Positions 36,754 through 50,160 of a stretch of DNA of 64,000 nt are shown here, in pieces; positions within the stretch are counted from its first letter, which is position 1; each line of letters begins with the position of its first letter. Location: contig CM120647.1 of the NCBI GenBank assembly GCA_051362555.1, positions 8,556,001 to 8,620,000 of the forward strand, written 5' to 3'. Source of the stretch: Lingula anatina. Its lineage: Eukaryota > Animalia > Brachiopoda. Position numbers and translations under genes: made by a program. Below the pieces are notes generated by a model, which worked only from the letters and a program-made list of their open reading frames with translations, made no database searches and was not told the origin of the DNA.

Positions 36754-39700
36754 TAATAGGACTAATTGCACCCCACTACTTTGACCCAGTATCATTGATA
36801 CACACTGGACAAAAGTACCAAAGAGACCAGCATTCCTCAACAAAAAATATGTAGCCCACATATATATCTTCTGTCAGGTAAGTCATACTATGTATGCCTG
36901 TTGGTCATTTCCCTTATCTACACCATTTCTGTCGGTCATTTTCAAACTCATCTGCTACCTCTTAGTAAATTTTTGCCCACAAAGCACCTGTTGGTCACTT
37001 TAAAACTCCTTTTTAACTCATACAGTTGGTCGTTTCTATATCACCCTGTACAACATACATGTTGGTCATTTTCTTATTCTCACTGAGCCTATTGGTCATT
37101 TTATATCTCACTCCTATTACATGTCAGTTATTTACTTACTAAACTCACCTGTACCCGGTGGTCATTTTGTCAGCCATATGTTGTCCACATATACGTCTTC
37201 ACTTTAACTATTCCATAACATCAAACCTGTTCAATAACTGTACAGTATCTCATGTCAATAAGAAAACTGTAACAGTTGCCGCATAGGCTCACTTGTCAAT
37301 AGAAATGAGCAGTGACTTCCCGATCAAATTGGTAATTATTTAGGCCTCAAAGGGGGGGCTATCGCTTGTGAATTAAAACAAAGTACCTGCTCTTATACCA
37401 AGTGCTGATTATTGGGAGGGGGTCTAGGAGCAAATTGATATGGCAATTACTGTGTGGGGTTCCAAAGAGGCAGTGGGCGTTTAAAAAGATGTTAGCTAAC
37501 AGCTTCAATTTTTGCTCAATTTTTGTCATATGGATATTTAGAAGAACTTTTTGTTATTATTAGTGGAGTTTTCAAAAGATGCCATTTGAGACATTTGCAC
37601 ATTGTTTTTAGGAGAATTCCAGGGATTAAGGATTAACTTTTTTTTCAATGTAGTAAAAATTTGAACTTCAGGTATTATCAAAGGTATCAATACAATAGGA
37701 ACTGATTCAGAAGCAAAAGTTTACTTCACAATATTATCAGCAAAGATAAGAGAAATTTGATATTCATCCTTGTCTCTTATAAAAATTGGAAATTAAAAGG
37801 GTAGGAGGAAAAAATAAATAATGTATACTAGTATGCCCTTTTCAGGACCCCTAATTACACATACCGTACAGTCAATGTGCCCTGAACTGTGTGACCTACC
37901 CTAGCAAAAACATGCCTTATTGATTAGAATTGGAAATGTATTGGAAATATGTCTAGTTTCCCTTGCCAAATTTGATACTGAGTCAAACTCAGCACTTTGA
38001 TATCCCACATCAATATTTGCTGTACATTATTTATGGCGCCCCAGATATCGTAGGGAGCACATTATCATGAGAGGAATAAGATAACTGTTTTTAGTACACA
38101 GGATGGGAAATTAAAGTTGTTCTTTGCTGTTATACATATTCCAGTACTTATTTAGCCTTTATACCTTACCCCTAGAAGCCTGTTCCATAAAAGATCTTTA
38201 GAAGGAATGTAGGTCTAAAAGTTAATACCAAAATTTTATTCTAGACTTTAAGTCTTAATTTGATGGAAGTTAGTAGTGGGAAAACATTATTTTTTACTTG
38301 TCCACTTATCCCGTCCTATCTTAAGCTAACTACTAACTTGTGCAAAGTAATAATAATAATAATAATGATATTGATAATAAATAATAATAATAAACTTTTT
38401 ACTAAAGCCTATTGGCTCTTTAAGGCACCAGGGTCCAAGGACTGTCCCAATTAAAGCAGAATATATTTTTAAAAATTTACTGGCTCTTCTCCAATTAAAA
38501 TTTAACTGGCCCTGCTCCAATTTTACTAGCATTTGGTGTGAAAACTGTGCAAATACCACATGCAAAGTATATTCAATATGAGTTTTATTATGAGTTCAAC
38601 TTTTATCGAATCAAGATATAATAATAGTTCAAATATATGCTAGAGAAGTTGACGTTTACTTAAAAACTGTTCAATCAGAACAATTGTACTATTTGTTTGT
38701 TTTCAATCACACACTTTAGACTTCATTGCATAAAACATTGATTTTCTGAGATTAGTACTTGAATTATGGATAAGTCACCTGTTGTTTATGAGTCCACATT
38801 ACATCACAATGGAAAATATAGCTCTCCTGCCAGTGTCTTTGTTTTCAATTTGATTATTATATTCCTGTATATATGCTACCTAACCACCAGAAAAAGATAA
38901 TCATATGTGTGTTTTGGGGAGTGAGGGGGGGAGGGGGCATTCAGAAATTTAGAACTTTAAGTTTACATGGGTGAAAGTTTTCAAAGTCATTTGAGTCCGA
39001 AATTTGGTCCTTACTTTCATACTAAAAATTAACTCTTCTTCAGCTCAAGTTAAAGAAAAAAAATCAAAATGAAAAGCAATAGAACTGTAATCCTAACTGG
39101 CAGTTGTAAAATTATAGGAAAGCTGCTTTGGGACAAAATCAGAAATAGGGGCTAAGAACAACACTCAGTCAGAAAGTCAAATATGCACATGCGATTATCC
39201 AGACACGATAAGTGAACGAAGTGCCATATATTTTTACATAAGCCAATAAAGTCACTGTATTTTAATCCTCATACTTGGTGTTAAACCATTTATTTTTACT
39301 TAAGACGTTAAATCTTCTATAGTTTAATCTTTATCCTGGCTTTGTGTTGACTGTGACAGGGCTATCAAACTTTATGTGATAACTACTTGTTGTGCCTCAT
39401 CTTTCCTGCCAAAGGCACAAACTTTTTGATCTGTATTTGTAATGTGTGGTAACCAGGTGGGAACAAAGTGGTAGATTAAAAGATTTGTTGTCACTCTTCG
39501 TGTTTTCAAGAAGTGGGTGTGTCTTAGCATCAGGTGAGGTTTTATGGGATGGGGGGGGGTGGGCATGTTGAACTGATGACACTCTCAAATATACTTTAAC
39601 ATTTTATTTATTTATTTTTTTTATTTATTTATTTATTACTTTTTTTTAAAGCAAAACTTATTCCTTTTGTGTCAGAGGCGTTTCAGTATTGAAACCACCA

Positions 39701-42700
39701 TCTATGAAATCTAACATCTTCTCCTGATCATGATGATCACCAGTTTTTTTCTCTTGCTATGAAACTGTACCTTACAATGTCTATACTGACTATGGTCTCT
39801 CTATAACTTAGCACACTCGAATTATCATTTTCATCACCAATTCAAGAGCATTTTTTTCCTTGGTGTAAGTTAAATTTACATGGGTGAAAGTTTCCAGGGT
39901 TATGCCTGATTTTAGGATTTTAAGTCATCTTTTTGGTCGTTCTTTCTTATGGTCTAAATGCAATGAAAAATTGCAAGCAACATTTCGGGATTTTTAGTTT
40001 TTACAACTTTCACCTATGAATTAATGAACATTGCCTAACTTAATAAATTAGACCATATGTCATGTGATCAACATGTGGAGACGCATCACAGTATTTCTCA
40101 TTTAAATTAAACAGAATTTTAGTATATTCTTACTTGAGTTTTCTATGTGCAGTGTCATCTTGTTTGTACCTGTCTTGGAAGTGCACACTGGTAATTCTGT
40201 CATCACTATCATGGATTAAAATACACATAATGTATATGCTCCTTTTTAGACCCAGTATCACAAATTTTTAGTTAGCTATCTATAGTAGGCCATCCAATTT
40301 TAAGTTTATTAGCTTAGCCTAAAGAACTTTTTGTGAAGTAGGCCTCATGCAGCTGGATACCATTGTGGACCTATGGCTTACAAGTCAACTGTCAATATCA
40401 CCATAAATGTGGTTGGTCTGTACTTGCAGCAACTTAAACCCTGAGCATCAATCAGAGATGCTGACATTATGGCAATCAAGGTCCTTAATTTTGTTATTTT
40501 TCATGTTATTTACAAAAGACTTACGTTTAATGTGTGAAAAAATTTGGAAGAATACAGGTCATTTTAATGCTTACAAGTTGGCATCATATTTCTCACCTGG
40601 GTTTTCTGTGTGGGACGCACGTTAACTCCTGTCAGACCTTTTAAAGTTCAGCCACGATGAGGTGTCTTGTTCCTTAATGCACCCGTTCAATCACATCCAA
40701 TATCAGTTGTCAATTTGCTGCAGTTAATCCCCCCATTTATAATTACAGGTGTTATATAATTGACAACAACTTCACCGAGTCCAATTCTCACCTGAGTTTT
40801 CTAGTGCGTGTGCTGCGGCATCGCAGAGTACAACAGGCAGCGTTCTCCTTGGTTAGTTACCTCTTGATACATATCAACAACGCCTTCCGCCTGATTTAGT
40901 ACTCCTAAACTAATTTCAATTGTAAATGTAACAGGTGTCGAATTAACTGTAAAAGTGTCATTTAAACAGTGTCAGGGCTTGTTTATTTACAGTAGGAACC
41001 CTTGTATTGGTAACTCATGTGGTGCACATGTTTATCCATGGTTGGGGCCCTGTGTTTTATCAATACAAGGGCCCTGTGTGGATATGCAATGTTATGTGAG
41101 CTATGGAGATTTCTTACCTGGACGCTTTTATTGAAATTAACACACTGAGTTGAATAAAGATCTGTAATTGTAAAGGAGGAGGGTCAGTAAAGGGGGAGGG
41201 GGGTTCGCATTTAGCTTAATCCCACTTCTGTGTTACTATGAAGACTTAAATGCGCTTGAAATGTAAACAATACATGTTAATTGCTGCAAGATGTAATTGA
41301 TTCGGTTTGGCGAAGGTTATGACTGGCATTGGCTCTTGTCTGGAACTGTATTGTCTTGTTATGTCACCACGAGTACCATGGGAAAGTTGCTCCGTCTATC
41401 AGCTCTCATTCTCGGCTAAGCCAATATTGTGCTCTTTGTTTTCCATTGTGTTGAACTTTTTATACTTCTTTGCTCATTTTATTTATTTTGAGAAAAGTAA
41501 AGTTGAATGTTGTTTTTCTATACTGTTTTGTGTGTCATTGGGTCATTTCATGCACTGTTTAGTCGTGTTTGCATTAAGAGACCCCTGGGGGAGTTGACTT
41601 TTGCTTGAAGTTGGTCACTTTGACGGTCCAATGATTTGAAAACTCCAATTTTCCCTGGGAGCCAAGATTTAAGAAGTTCAATCTTTTTGCTGAATTTTGC
41701 AATTTAATTCCGTATCCAGTGAGAAATGAAAAAAAAACTTGGAAGGACTGAGGAAAGTTGTGTGACAAGTTCAACTTGGTTTTGGCCATAGTAATTTGAT
41801 TTTATCATGCTTATAGAATCTTTAATGTTAAATCTGCATTTAGATTTGAAATCTAGGGAGGTATAAATAAGGTAGAGGTAAGAGAATAGTTTGGCAAAGA
41901 GAACTCTTTTCGCCCACAGTACTTGGCATGAAATAATAAAAGCATTTCAATAAAGTGTCAAAAATAATTATTCAGCATTGACATTTTTTGTTAATTATTT
42001 TTTTATTTGCATTTTAAAAGATTTATTAAGAATAACATTTGGGTTGTGAGAAGTTTTAAAGGTTTTGGGTGTAAAAGTCAATTGCTTGTTAATTAATGTT
42101 TGAATTTTAATAAACATTGCTTAAATGAAATTAATGAGTCATATTTAAATTTGGATGTGGTTACCTTTAACATTTAACATAAAAAAGGAATATGTATTTT
42201 TCACTCAGTATAACGGCACATCTGATCATAGATGTCTATTTTGTGACTTACCAGAAATCGGTATAATCTTCAGCATTAGTTTGATTCATATATTTTAGCA
42301 CTCACCATTAACAAAACCCATGGTGAAATCCTTAAATTTCTTTTAAAAATTTGTTTTTGAAAAAATATTTTCATACAAGAGTGAAAGGAATAATTCTACA
42401 TTGTCTATAAATTACATCTTTTAGATTTCTGCCTAACTTCCTCATTAAATTGATAAAAGTACTTTACTATGTTAGGCCTGAGATATTTGAAAGGCTCTGT
42501 CAATATACATATAAATAATGGCTTCACTGTAGATTATAAATGGCCTCCTTCATTTAAAATCTCTGCATTGCTACCTTTATTTACATTTGATAACAAACCC
42601 AGATTTCTAAAGAGAGTAAATGACATTCTAAACTCCAGGCTATTGATGTCTATCTGTGACCTTTACACTGAAAACTGCTTATATAATTGAATGATGGATT

Positions 42701-45700
42701 TTCGCTGAGGAGTGCTACTAAAAAGACCCATGAAGACAGACACGATTTTTTAAACCAGCTGATCCAGTGAATATATCAGGGCTTTAAACATTTTTATCTT
42801 TACATTTACCTGCATATTCTTCCTTGAGCTTTACCTGTTGCTTCACAAATAATGTGCATCTAATCAATCTCCATCTGTGGTAAGTCAAGATTAAACTTCA
42901 TGCATCCAGATGAAAAATTTGAAACCATCGGTGATAAATATCATGATGAGAATCAGTACATGTAGAATGACTATAACTTCTTCTTAGCCAAAATAAAAGC
43001 ATGACAATTTGTTTAACATTTGGCTGAAATCTGATATCCTGATGTGAGACTCCTCTGTATCATGTGGATATCAGTGGCATATTATCTCTGTTGTTGTCTC
43101 AGACTGATATCACTGTTATATATGTCCATATGCTTTCTTAGGCCCCTTTTAGTTCAAGATGTATAGTTTACAGCTTGATATCAGTCAGTATCAATATTAT
43201 ATTAGCTTTCATTGACAGTGTCATGCTGTTGACCCAGACTAACCCTATCTGACTAATGATCTCTTAGATCGCATTCACAACGAGTTGAGCCAGGCTTTAC
43301 AAATCCTGGGGACTAAATATGGTGGACGTACATGAAAGGAAAACCGCCTAATCTTTTAATAGTCTCTCCGCCTCTCACACGCCTCCCCACACATCGTCCC
43401 TGCGGGGGGGGGGGGGGGGGGGGGGGACAGTCATTAAATCTCGGCTGGATTATGCCGTAAGCATTCAAGTGGGTCGGCCATAATTGATCCACGGATCTGT
43501 TAGTCCTCGGATCAACTTCGGTTGTGAATGCAGCCTAGGACTGGCTCCAGAAAGAACTTCAGTTGACACTGGGTTTTAGCTTTAGGACTGAAATTTTTTA
43601 TCTTAAATAATTTAAGTCTAATGATTTTGGTCCATTTTATAGCATGATAACCCTATGGTGGTCCACGAAAATACATATTCTGTGCTGTAAGTGATTTGTT
43701 TTTTTCTTGACATTTATAGCAGCAAAGCTGATGAAAATTAATACAATTTAAATAGTAAGAGACAGAGTGTACTAATACACATTTTAATTTCACACTCACT
43801 GTGAAAGATACCAAACAATTATTTTTAGTAATTGGACTGCTGCTGCTGCTTTATCCTCAAAAAAATTACAACAAAATTTTTGCTCTTTAAATTCAGACTA
43901 TGTACCTTTAGTTATGGCATCAGGTCCTGTATAATCCAGCACACCTGTGTTGTGAGTCAAAACTGTTTGATGCATGAGAAGACTGAGTGTATTGATTATA
44001 ATGTATTTTAAAGCTAACCCAGCCTCTAATCCTTTGTATAAATAAAGGTGAATTGGATGTGTATGTAAGGTGTGACAGAAAAAAAGCTGATTTTTTAGCA
44101 GCTTTGTGTGTGTTTCTTTTGGTTTTGTATTTTTTGTCAGTTAAGAAAAAAAACTGTTTTGAGAATGTTTTATTTTAAAATTATGACTCTTTTTTTTTTA
44201 GCAAGTAGCACGGTCTTAAAAGTGTTGAATCACTAGTTGTAAAGTAAACTATTTTGTGTATGTTAAGTTGCTATGGAAACAACAAACAAGAAGGTAAACT
44301 CACCCCATTGGTACAAAGGATTTCCTACTTTTGAATGACTCGGAGGTTTTATAAAGTGTAATTTGAGAATTGATCTACTGAAATAACATCCTTTTGACAA
44401 TAAGGAAATCTTACTGATCAGACAATTTTCTGCCATGTAATACCCTGAAGGGATTAATTTTCTGCTGCTTGATGTAAATCCTTTTCTTGTTTGCCCTCGC
44501 CAACCTTCTTTGTGAATTGTTGGAGTCTAAAAATAAATCTTGATAGGTCTAGAATTATTGTTTAGATGTTTTTTCTCGCCCTTAGTTTCTTTTTTAGAAA
44601 AACATGAAGGGTAAGGCGGAAGAGAAGCATCGTGGAATTTTTTTCTAGTAAAAATAAGTAAGATGTTCCCAAAACATGTACCATCATTGAATAGTGTTGA
44701 AAATATGCCATTGAAAAACAGGAAAATAGAATAATCATTTTATCAGAAAATTGCATGTTATATAATATTTTACAGTCAAAGAAGGAAAAAAGATCAGTTG
44801 TCAGTCATCAAAAGTTTCAGAGTTTGATTAATCTACCATCTTAATTTCCAAATAATCAAGTCTTTTATATTTTCTAGTTAAAGAAGGTATAAAAATCAAC
44901 CGCCAGCTGTCAGAAACAAACACCAATCTCAGAGAGGAACTAGGCAGTAAGGAGGCAGTCATTGATGGTCTGCGCCAAGAACTGGTGGAGACCAAGGCCA
45001 GTCTGTCCTCCCAGCCACAGGATGTGGTAGAGAAGATCAGCAGATTGCAACACAGTGTAGATAGCCTTGAGAAGGAGTTGAAATCTGTGAGTTGATTATT
45101 GTAAGCTGTTGCATGCATCCGTGTATGTATACGCATTCACAGTCAAATGCACATTTGCAGACACACAAACTAAATATATGCTATAGAATTTCTTCTTAAA
45201 TCTTCTCAGGTTTTGAGGTAGGGCTCATGCATCTATGCACTATAATTCTTTATTATATGAGAAAATAATTAAAACTGCCTGTGCAATGAAAGAAAGGAAA
45301 TGTAAAGTAGCTAGCAAGCTCCATGGTGTGTTAGAAGTACACTAGTAAGTGGGTAACAAAAGAATATAATCAGTAAACTATTAATCAGTCTGGAGCGACT
45401 GTTAAATGATGAAAATTTTTTGGGGTCTTCTGGCTCAGCATTTATGGTTCAAAATGCCCATCTTTGTCTAATGTGACATTTTCAGCAAGAAGACATGGTA
45501 AAAGGCTTGAGAGAGCAGCTGGCAGAGACAGTGACTGAGAAAAATGTAAGCTTTGTCATATATCTGCATTGGAAAGTAACTGACTGCTTCTCTTATAGAA
45601 ATCAGGAGTATACAAGCAAAACGTTTTTATAAATTGTAATAATTATTTTCATTTTATATAAAAATGTTTGTCAATTTATTAACTTATTATTATTACTATC

Positions 45701-48700
45701 ATTATTATTATTATAAGTAGTAGTAGTAGTAAACCTTATATTTAACAATTAAAATTTTAGAAATATATAACTAGTTAAAAATCTTTTTATAGTTTGAAAA
45801 AATTATTCATCATCTGACATCTGACATTATATTAAATATTTTAATATTTATTTTTATAATTTTTTGAAAAATTTAAAATATTACCCCATCCTCCAGACCT
45901 TGACCTCCTCCCTGAAGGAGGCCCACCTCCTAGTGGACAGGCACATCCAGTCCAACACTAGCCTGTCCTCCCAGCTGACCACCGCCCAGGCTGACCTGGA
46001 GGCCCTGAGGACACAGAATGACCAGCTGAAGGCAGACAGTGAGGCAAAGGCCGGGCAGATGAAGGAACAGGAAGCGCTACATCAGGAGGAGACAGAGGCG
46101 TGGAAAAAAGAGGTGGATTTGCTTTTGACTTTTGGTTGGATTTTTGAAAAGCTTTGCTTGTTTGATGGAGTTGAATTTGTTTATTAATTGAGTTGGTTGA
46201 TATACGAGGAGGGTGAACTCCCAAACTGAAAGAATATTAGTGATTAGGTACCTGTTGGTGAGTCTTGTCACATTTGTCACACATTTTTCTCTTTACACAC
46301 AGTACCCATAGAATTATATGTTAACATAGTGACAAGTATGTAATTCAGTAAATTTTAAGAAAAAAACATGATATAGGAAAACAAAATTTATCTTTATTGA
46401 TCAAACTTCTGAGAAACTATCAGACTAATACATCCACATTTTACAGGAGACCTCCCTGCAGGAGCGTCTGAGTGGTCTCCAGAAGGACTATGAGGTCCTG
46501 AGTAAGGCACATGGTAGTCTGGAGGAACTGAACACCATGTGGGCGGGGAGGAATGTGGACCTGACTGAGGAGGTGGAGAGACTGAAGGTACCATTACTTT
46601 TCTTTTATTTTTCTTGGTTAAAGTCATATATATATATACATGCACATGCCTTTCTTTTGCCTTATCCTTACCGAAGAGTTTCAGAGATTGGTGGTCCATT
46701 TACCAGTGGCATGTTTGTATTTGTGTAATATTTTCTGCTACTTTTTTTAATCCGGTTTAATCCTTATATAAAGTGTATATATTATTCTGTTTTTCCTAGG
46801 ATTATCACACATGAAAGCATTTGCACACTAGCAAGCACACAGATTTCCTCATGTGCATAACATTTTTATAGTGTACACCTATAGCTGACATAATCCTTAT
46901 TATGAATTTCAGGAAGTCCTGAATAAACCAAAGACTGACCAAGACCAGCAAACTGACCCCAAGGAGCAGTGCACAGTGGACGTCCAAACTGAGGTCATAA
47001 GTCACTACACAGTGGACACACAAACTGATGACCCTAGTGGAGTGGACACCAGAGCTGTGTACTGCCAGACAGGTGGAGAGGAGCTGTATTTGAGTGTGAA
47101 AATACCTGTGTGTAGTTGTAAGTGTAAATTTTTACTGTAAAAAGTTTATATTAAGTGGTGACCAGTTCCAGTTTCAGTTGAATCATACTGCATGGGCACT
47201 CACGTACAGATGGTATGAGCTCAGATGTTTTGCCTATAGCCCATGCATGGACTTTATCAGGAAATTGTGCTTATTATTGACAATAAGTGATGATAAGTAA
47301 ATTTCCCTGAAAAAGCCTGTGGGCATAGATGAATTGTACATAAGTGTTCAATATGAAATTCAATTTTCATTCTTACTGTTAATTACTAGATGCCAAAAGT
47401 ACTCAAATGACAGCATGGTGGCTAACGTTGCTGTGTTTACTTTGGGTTTACTAATGGGTTTACTTTTTGTATTATTGTAGTATATATGCTTCTGTACTAA
47501 ATTTTTCATGTTCTTATTCATGCTTAACTCTTTTTTGATAACCATTTGATTTTTGTTTAAGATATTTTTGTTAACTTGTTATTTGAGAAAAGTGCATGTA
47601 TGATTAATATTTACCTTTTTACTTTGAAATTCATATTGTTCAAACCAATTTGCCATTGTTCTTGTTTTTACAGATTCATTTCAAGCTAACATTTTTCTTT
47701 TGTTAGAATTTCACCAAATAGCATGGTAAGGATTTATTTAACCTCAATGTTGAATATTATCAACTTATATTGGCTTTATAGTTCCTTTTACTTTTGCCAC
47801 AAATAAACCTGAACAATACAACAGTGCCTTACAGTGTGGAGTTGATATTTTTTGATGGAGAGAACATGTTACATATCATTTTCATGGCTTTGAAATTAAA
47901 AAAGATCTTATGTAAACACATGAAATTGTCCATGTTATATACAATACACTCTGCATAATTTGGAAATGTCACCCTTAATTTCAGCCATTTCAAAAAGGCC
48001 CGGCACATCTGGAGTGAAGGAGATGGGTCCTGGTGGAGATTCTGCAACAGTTTCTCTGTCTACAGACCACAGTACTAAATTGAAGTCTTCTGAACAAGTA
48101 TCAAGCAAGGAGAAGCCTTTGGAACAGAACTGCCAGAACCAGAAAGATGGTGATACAAAAGAAGGAGACAGAGAGATAGAAAAGAATGGGGAAGCTGATG
48201 GATTGTTGTTGAATACAGATCGTTCTGAAATGAAAGATGCAAAAAACTTGGAAAAGGCATTGCCAGTTCCTTATGGAGAAAATGTGGATCAGAAGAAGTC
48301 TTTGATGGAAAACATTGATTTTAATCCAACAGCGTCATGTGCTGAGCTACCACCACAGTCAAATGGTCCATGCAATGGGGATGACAGACACATGGAAGAA
48401 CATGACATGTCCAAGTCAGCGCCGTCTTACTACACCCAGTCAGAACCTTCGACCATGATTGGTGCTCATGCAGATCTGCCCAACTTCAAACATATTGCCA
48501 CTGTGGGTAAAGAAAACCGGCAAAATCTGAGTCTGAGAGGAGATCTAACTAGTCTGAGAGAAAAGCCATCAAATGTGAGAGAAATCCAGTCAAACTCAAG
48601 AGAAAATCCATCAAATCTAAGAGGTGATGAAACTACCCCTGAACAAACAAGCCATATCGTGGGCCACCCTGGCAGCCAACCAGTGCCAACCTCACAAGAG

Positions 48701-49317
48701 GTTCTCTGCATCCCACAAACTCAGATATGTGAGGAAGATAAAGCATGCCCTAGCTCTCTAGGAGATATCCAGTTTGCTGAGGGGGTGCCAATTCAGCAGC
48801 AAGAAACACCTAAAGGGATGCCTCTTCACCATCAGGAACAAGGATTTATTTTTAGCTGGAATTAATGTAAACATCATCTAACTCAAATCAACCTGAACAA
48901 AATTTCCAGTCCCAAAATGTAGCCTTTGATTGAAGATAATTGTGCCAATCACAAATGTTACGATTTATGGAAACACAAAATCAATGTGACTAGGTGCGTG
49001 TTTGGGATTGACATGGTAAACCTTGATCCAATTTGGCACTAAATGTCAGTGTCCATGCACAAGGGATTCAAAAATGAAAAAACTGGCACACGTCATGCTA
49101 TATAAAAAATTTAACTGATGTAAAAGGATATTAGGGTAGGATGATTGAAATTGCTTTTTTAATTTTACAGACCTCAGAAAACATTGATGTTGGAGAAAGT
49201 TCTCTATTCTCAGATGATGAGGAAAGTATAGAGCTAGGAAGTCAGATTGAGAGAATAGAACAGTTCCTCAAGACTGATAGACTAAGAGTAGGAAGAAAGA
49301 GGAAAACAGATACTTGA
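25531..49317 (+). CDS. CCDC73: Coiled-coil domain-containing protein 73-like (exons 25531-26349, 26580-26651, 27547-27654, 28110-28184, 28560-28734, 44878-45086, 45486-45545, 45897-46112, 46447-46587, 46913-47072, 47985-~48700/48865, 49171-49317)
   Basis: Phase-compatible GT/AG exons give FRNKLFEIMEELRIKR-VLEAENEERL...LEEEK-AKLK...MKYNLEKK...ERLELN-VKEGIKINRQLS...HIQSNTSL...EAWK, colinear with vertebrate CCDC73 as recalled (LLEALEELRMRR, LEEEKGK, SKYSLQKK, LEQNVREAI, QIQANTEM). Donor of the penultimate exon is uncertain. Confidence 0.8.
26824..27033 (+). mobile_element. MITE family A nested inside a family-B element (~26680-27100)
   Basis: TTA TSD on both sides; flanks carry the GATCCAACTCT / GAGTTGGTTGAATC arms of family B. 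Confidence 0.85.
27240..27417 (+). mobile_element. CAGGGGC-TIR MITE, same family as 23897-24032
   Basis: CAGGGGCAGAT...ATCTGCCCCTG; flanks AGACT/AGGCT; shared internal AGAGATATTTTCTGACAGTCTTC. Confidence 0.85.
30630..32126 (-). CDS. Nested 498-aa protein: N-terminal coiled coil, Ser/His/Arg repeats, C-terminal CHORD/BTK-like Cys/His Zn module
   Basis: 1.5-kb uninterrupted ORF antisense within the CCDC73 intron 28735-44877; upstream acceptor ttttttattcacag (exon start 32594); C-terminus CLRC-x13-CHFHPRG...WECC-x8-C-x4-H. Confidence 0.85.
   Translation of the reverse strand: MTTATQTESIVNFQNLLLSVEKPRMYSLPKHIDSDITNLTSEYINGKYANKISKRDKNDLISWIGAKIQMERQGGKDKVETAMREIERQRRMVLELDAKIQVLNEKLMAVMPDNLRVYNRGNQEDDIGFSQIELLERNVGIVSEKVESYIEERTRCMETLNVAEGGQKSLDWLLRQQWQDLSRQQESVKETEEKFHRELSLLKNQIDDFKKYQQHKEQRERNHHHQQHQQPKDSSNVAQQYQLCKENQRVVTIHIQHGAATHENNMKVAPQSNQNDPKTGERRIPSLTQRGSSKDSMQSLKRHDSKESLHRRENSKHSLKHQDSKDSLHRREHSVVHQDSKGSLSKTDKTAQSKTAQADVDRNNNSRQGSPQKSSQVHVNKVVFTKPVKVKDVHHHAPARGLSKLPPVMEKQNEAIKQAHAARQGTGPKAHGAVLQCLRCHRLYTLKDNHKMACHFHPRGKLKIERYDSEGRLERVEYVWECCKQRGDAAPCCHGEHV
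34405..34622. repeat. ~110-bp tandem duplication
   Basis: AATATCCTGACCCT...TGTGTAGAAAGTA..TGTCCTGATTCT present twice. Confidence 0.8.
36896..37168. repeat. Degenerate minisatellite with GTTGGTCATTT core, period ~29-36 bp, nine units
   Basis: Cores at about 36900, 36931, 36961, 36990, 37025, 37061, 37091, 37123 and 37157. Confidence 0.75.
39879..40018. mobile_element. Small MITE
   Basis: TIRs CATGGGTGAAAGTT / AACTTTCACCTATG; related left end near 38966. Confidence 0.65.
43267..43535. mobile_element. Harbinger-like MITE
   Basis: GATCGCATTCACAAC...GTTGTGAATGCAGCC inverted ends; the right end recurs at ~5700-5741. Confidence 0.7.
44267..44280. promoter_or_regulatory. RFX X-box consensus site
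   Basis: GTTGCTATGGAAAC matches the 14-bp X-box consensus; function untested. Confidence 0.35.
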
Positions 49318-50160
49318 TACCAACATGTATTAATAATATAAAAAGCATTAAAATGCATCTGCACAATTCTGAATATAAGAGGAAAATATTGTTGGTTTAT
49401 CGATATTAGCATTTAACAGTTGACTCTGAATAACTTGTTTCCTGTTAATTAACTTGAATTATTGCCCATCTGGATTGAATCTTGTGGAACAGATTTTTTA
49501 TATTAAATGACACTTAAAAGAGCATTCCCTTACAAGAGTTTTGTAATTCAGTTGTATACTTAATCTTGTTGCTATGACACTAAGTTTTCCAATATTTTTT
49601 GTAAATGTGTTGCATAGTTGACTGTTGTATGGATATTTGTATGTTTATCAAAGTTTTTAAGTGGTAACGCAGTTAACTTTTTTTATAATAAGCTTGAAAT
49701 GTTTTCCTGCATTGTCCAAAGAAAAAAATTATTTGAAAACTTATTAAAATGGCTACCAATTTACTGAAAGATTTTACAAATAAAGTTTGTAGCAAGTCCA
49801 GTTTTTTTAACATATTTCATATTTATTTAATACATATCATCATTAACAATTTTTGAATTACATAAGGACAAATCTGTAGGCAATGATTATTACAGTATCT
49901 TCACCTCAATTTTAATCATGCCCTTCACTAAATATACTGATCTTGATATCTGTGGCAAATATTTACTGGAGCTGATATCTTATTATCAACCCTACTGGAA
50001 AAGATTTCTTTGTTATAATATCAATAGCACCTCTAATTTTTCCATTGAATGAAAAAAAAAACTTAAACAATATTCATCTGTGCATGCCTGGAGTCCCATA
50101 TCAAAACATCAGCATCAATATTTGATTTGTCTGGCAGTTAAAATCCAACAAATATTCCAT

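Noticed and set aside
36896-37168. CRISPR array
   Set aside because: Eukaryotic intron; the repeat core is only ~11-15 bp and degenerate, spacers are short, and no cas genes are present.
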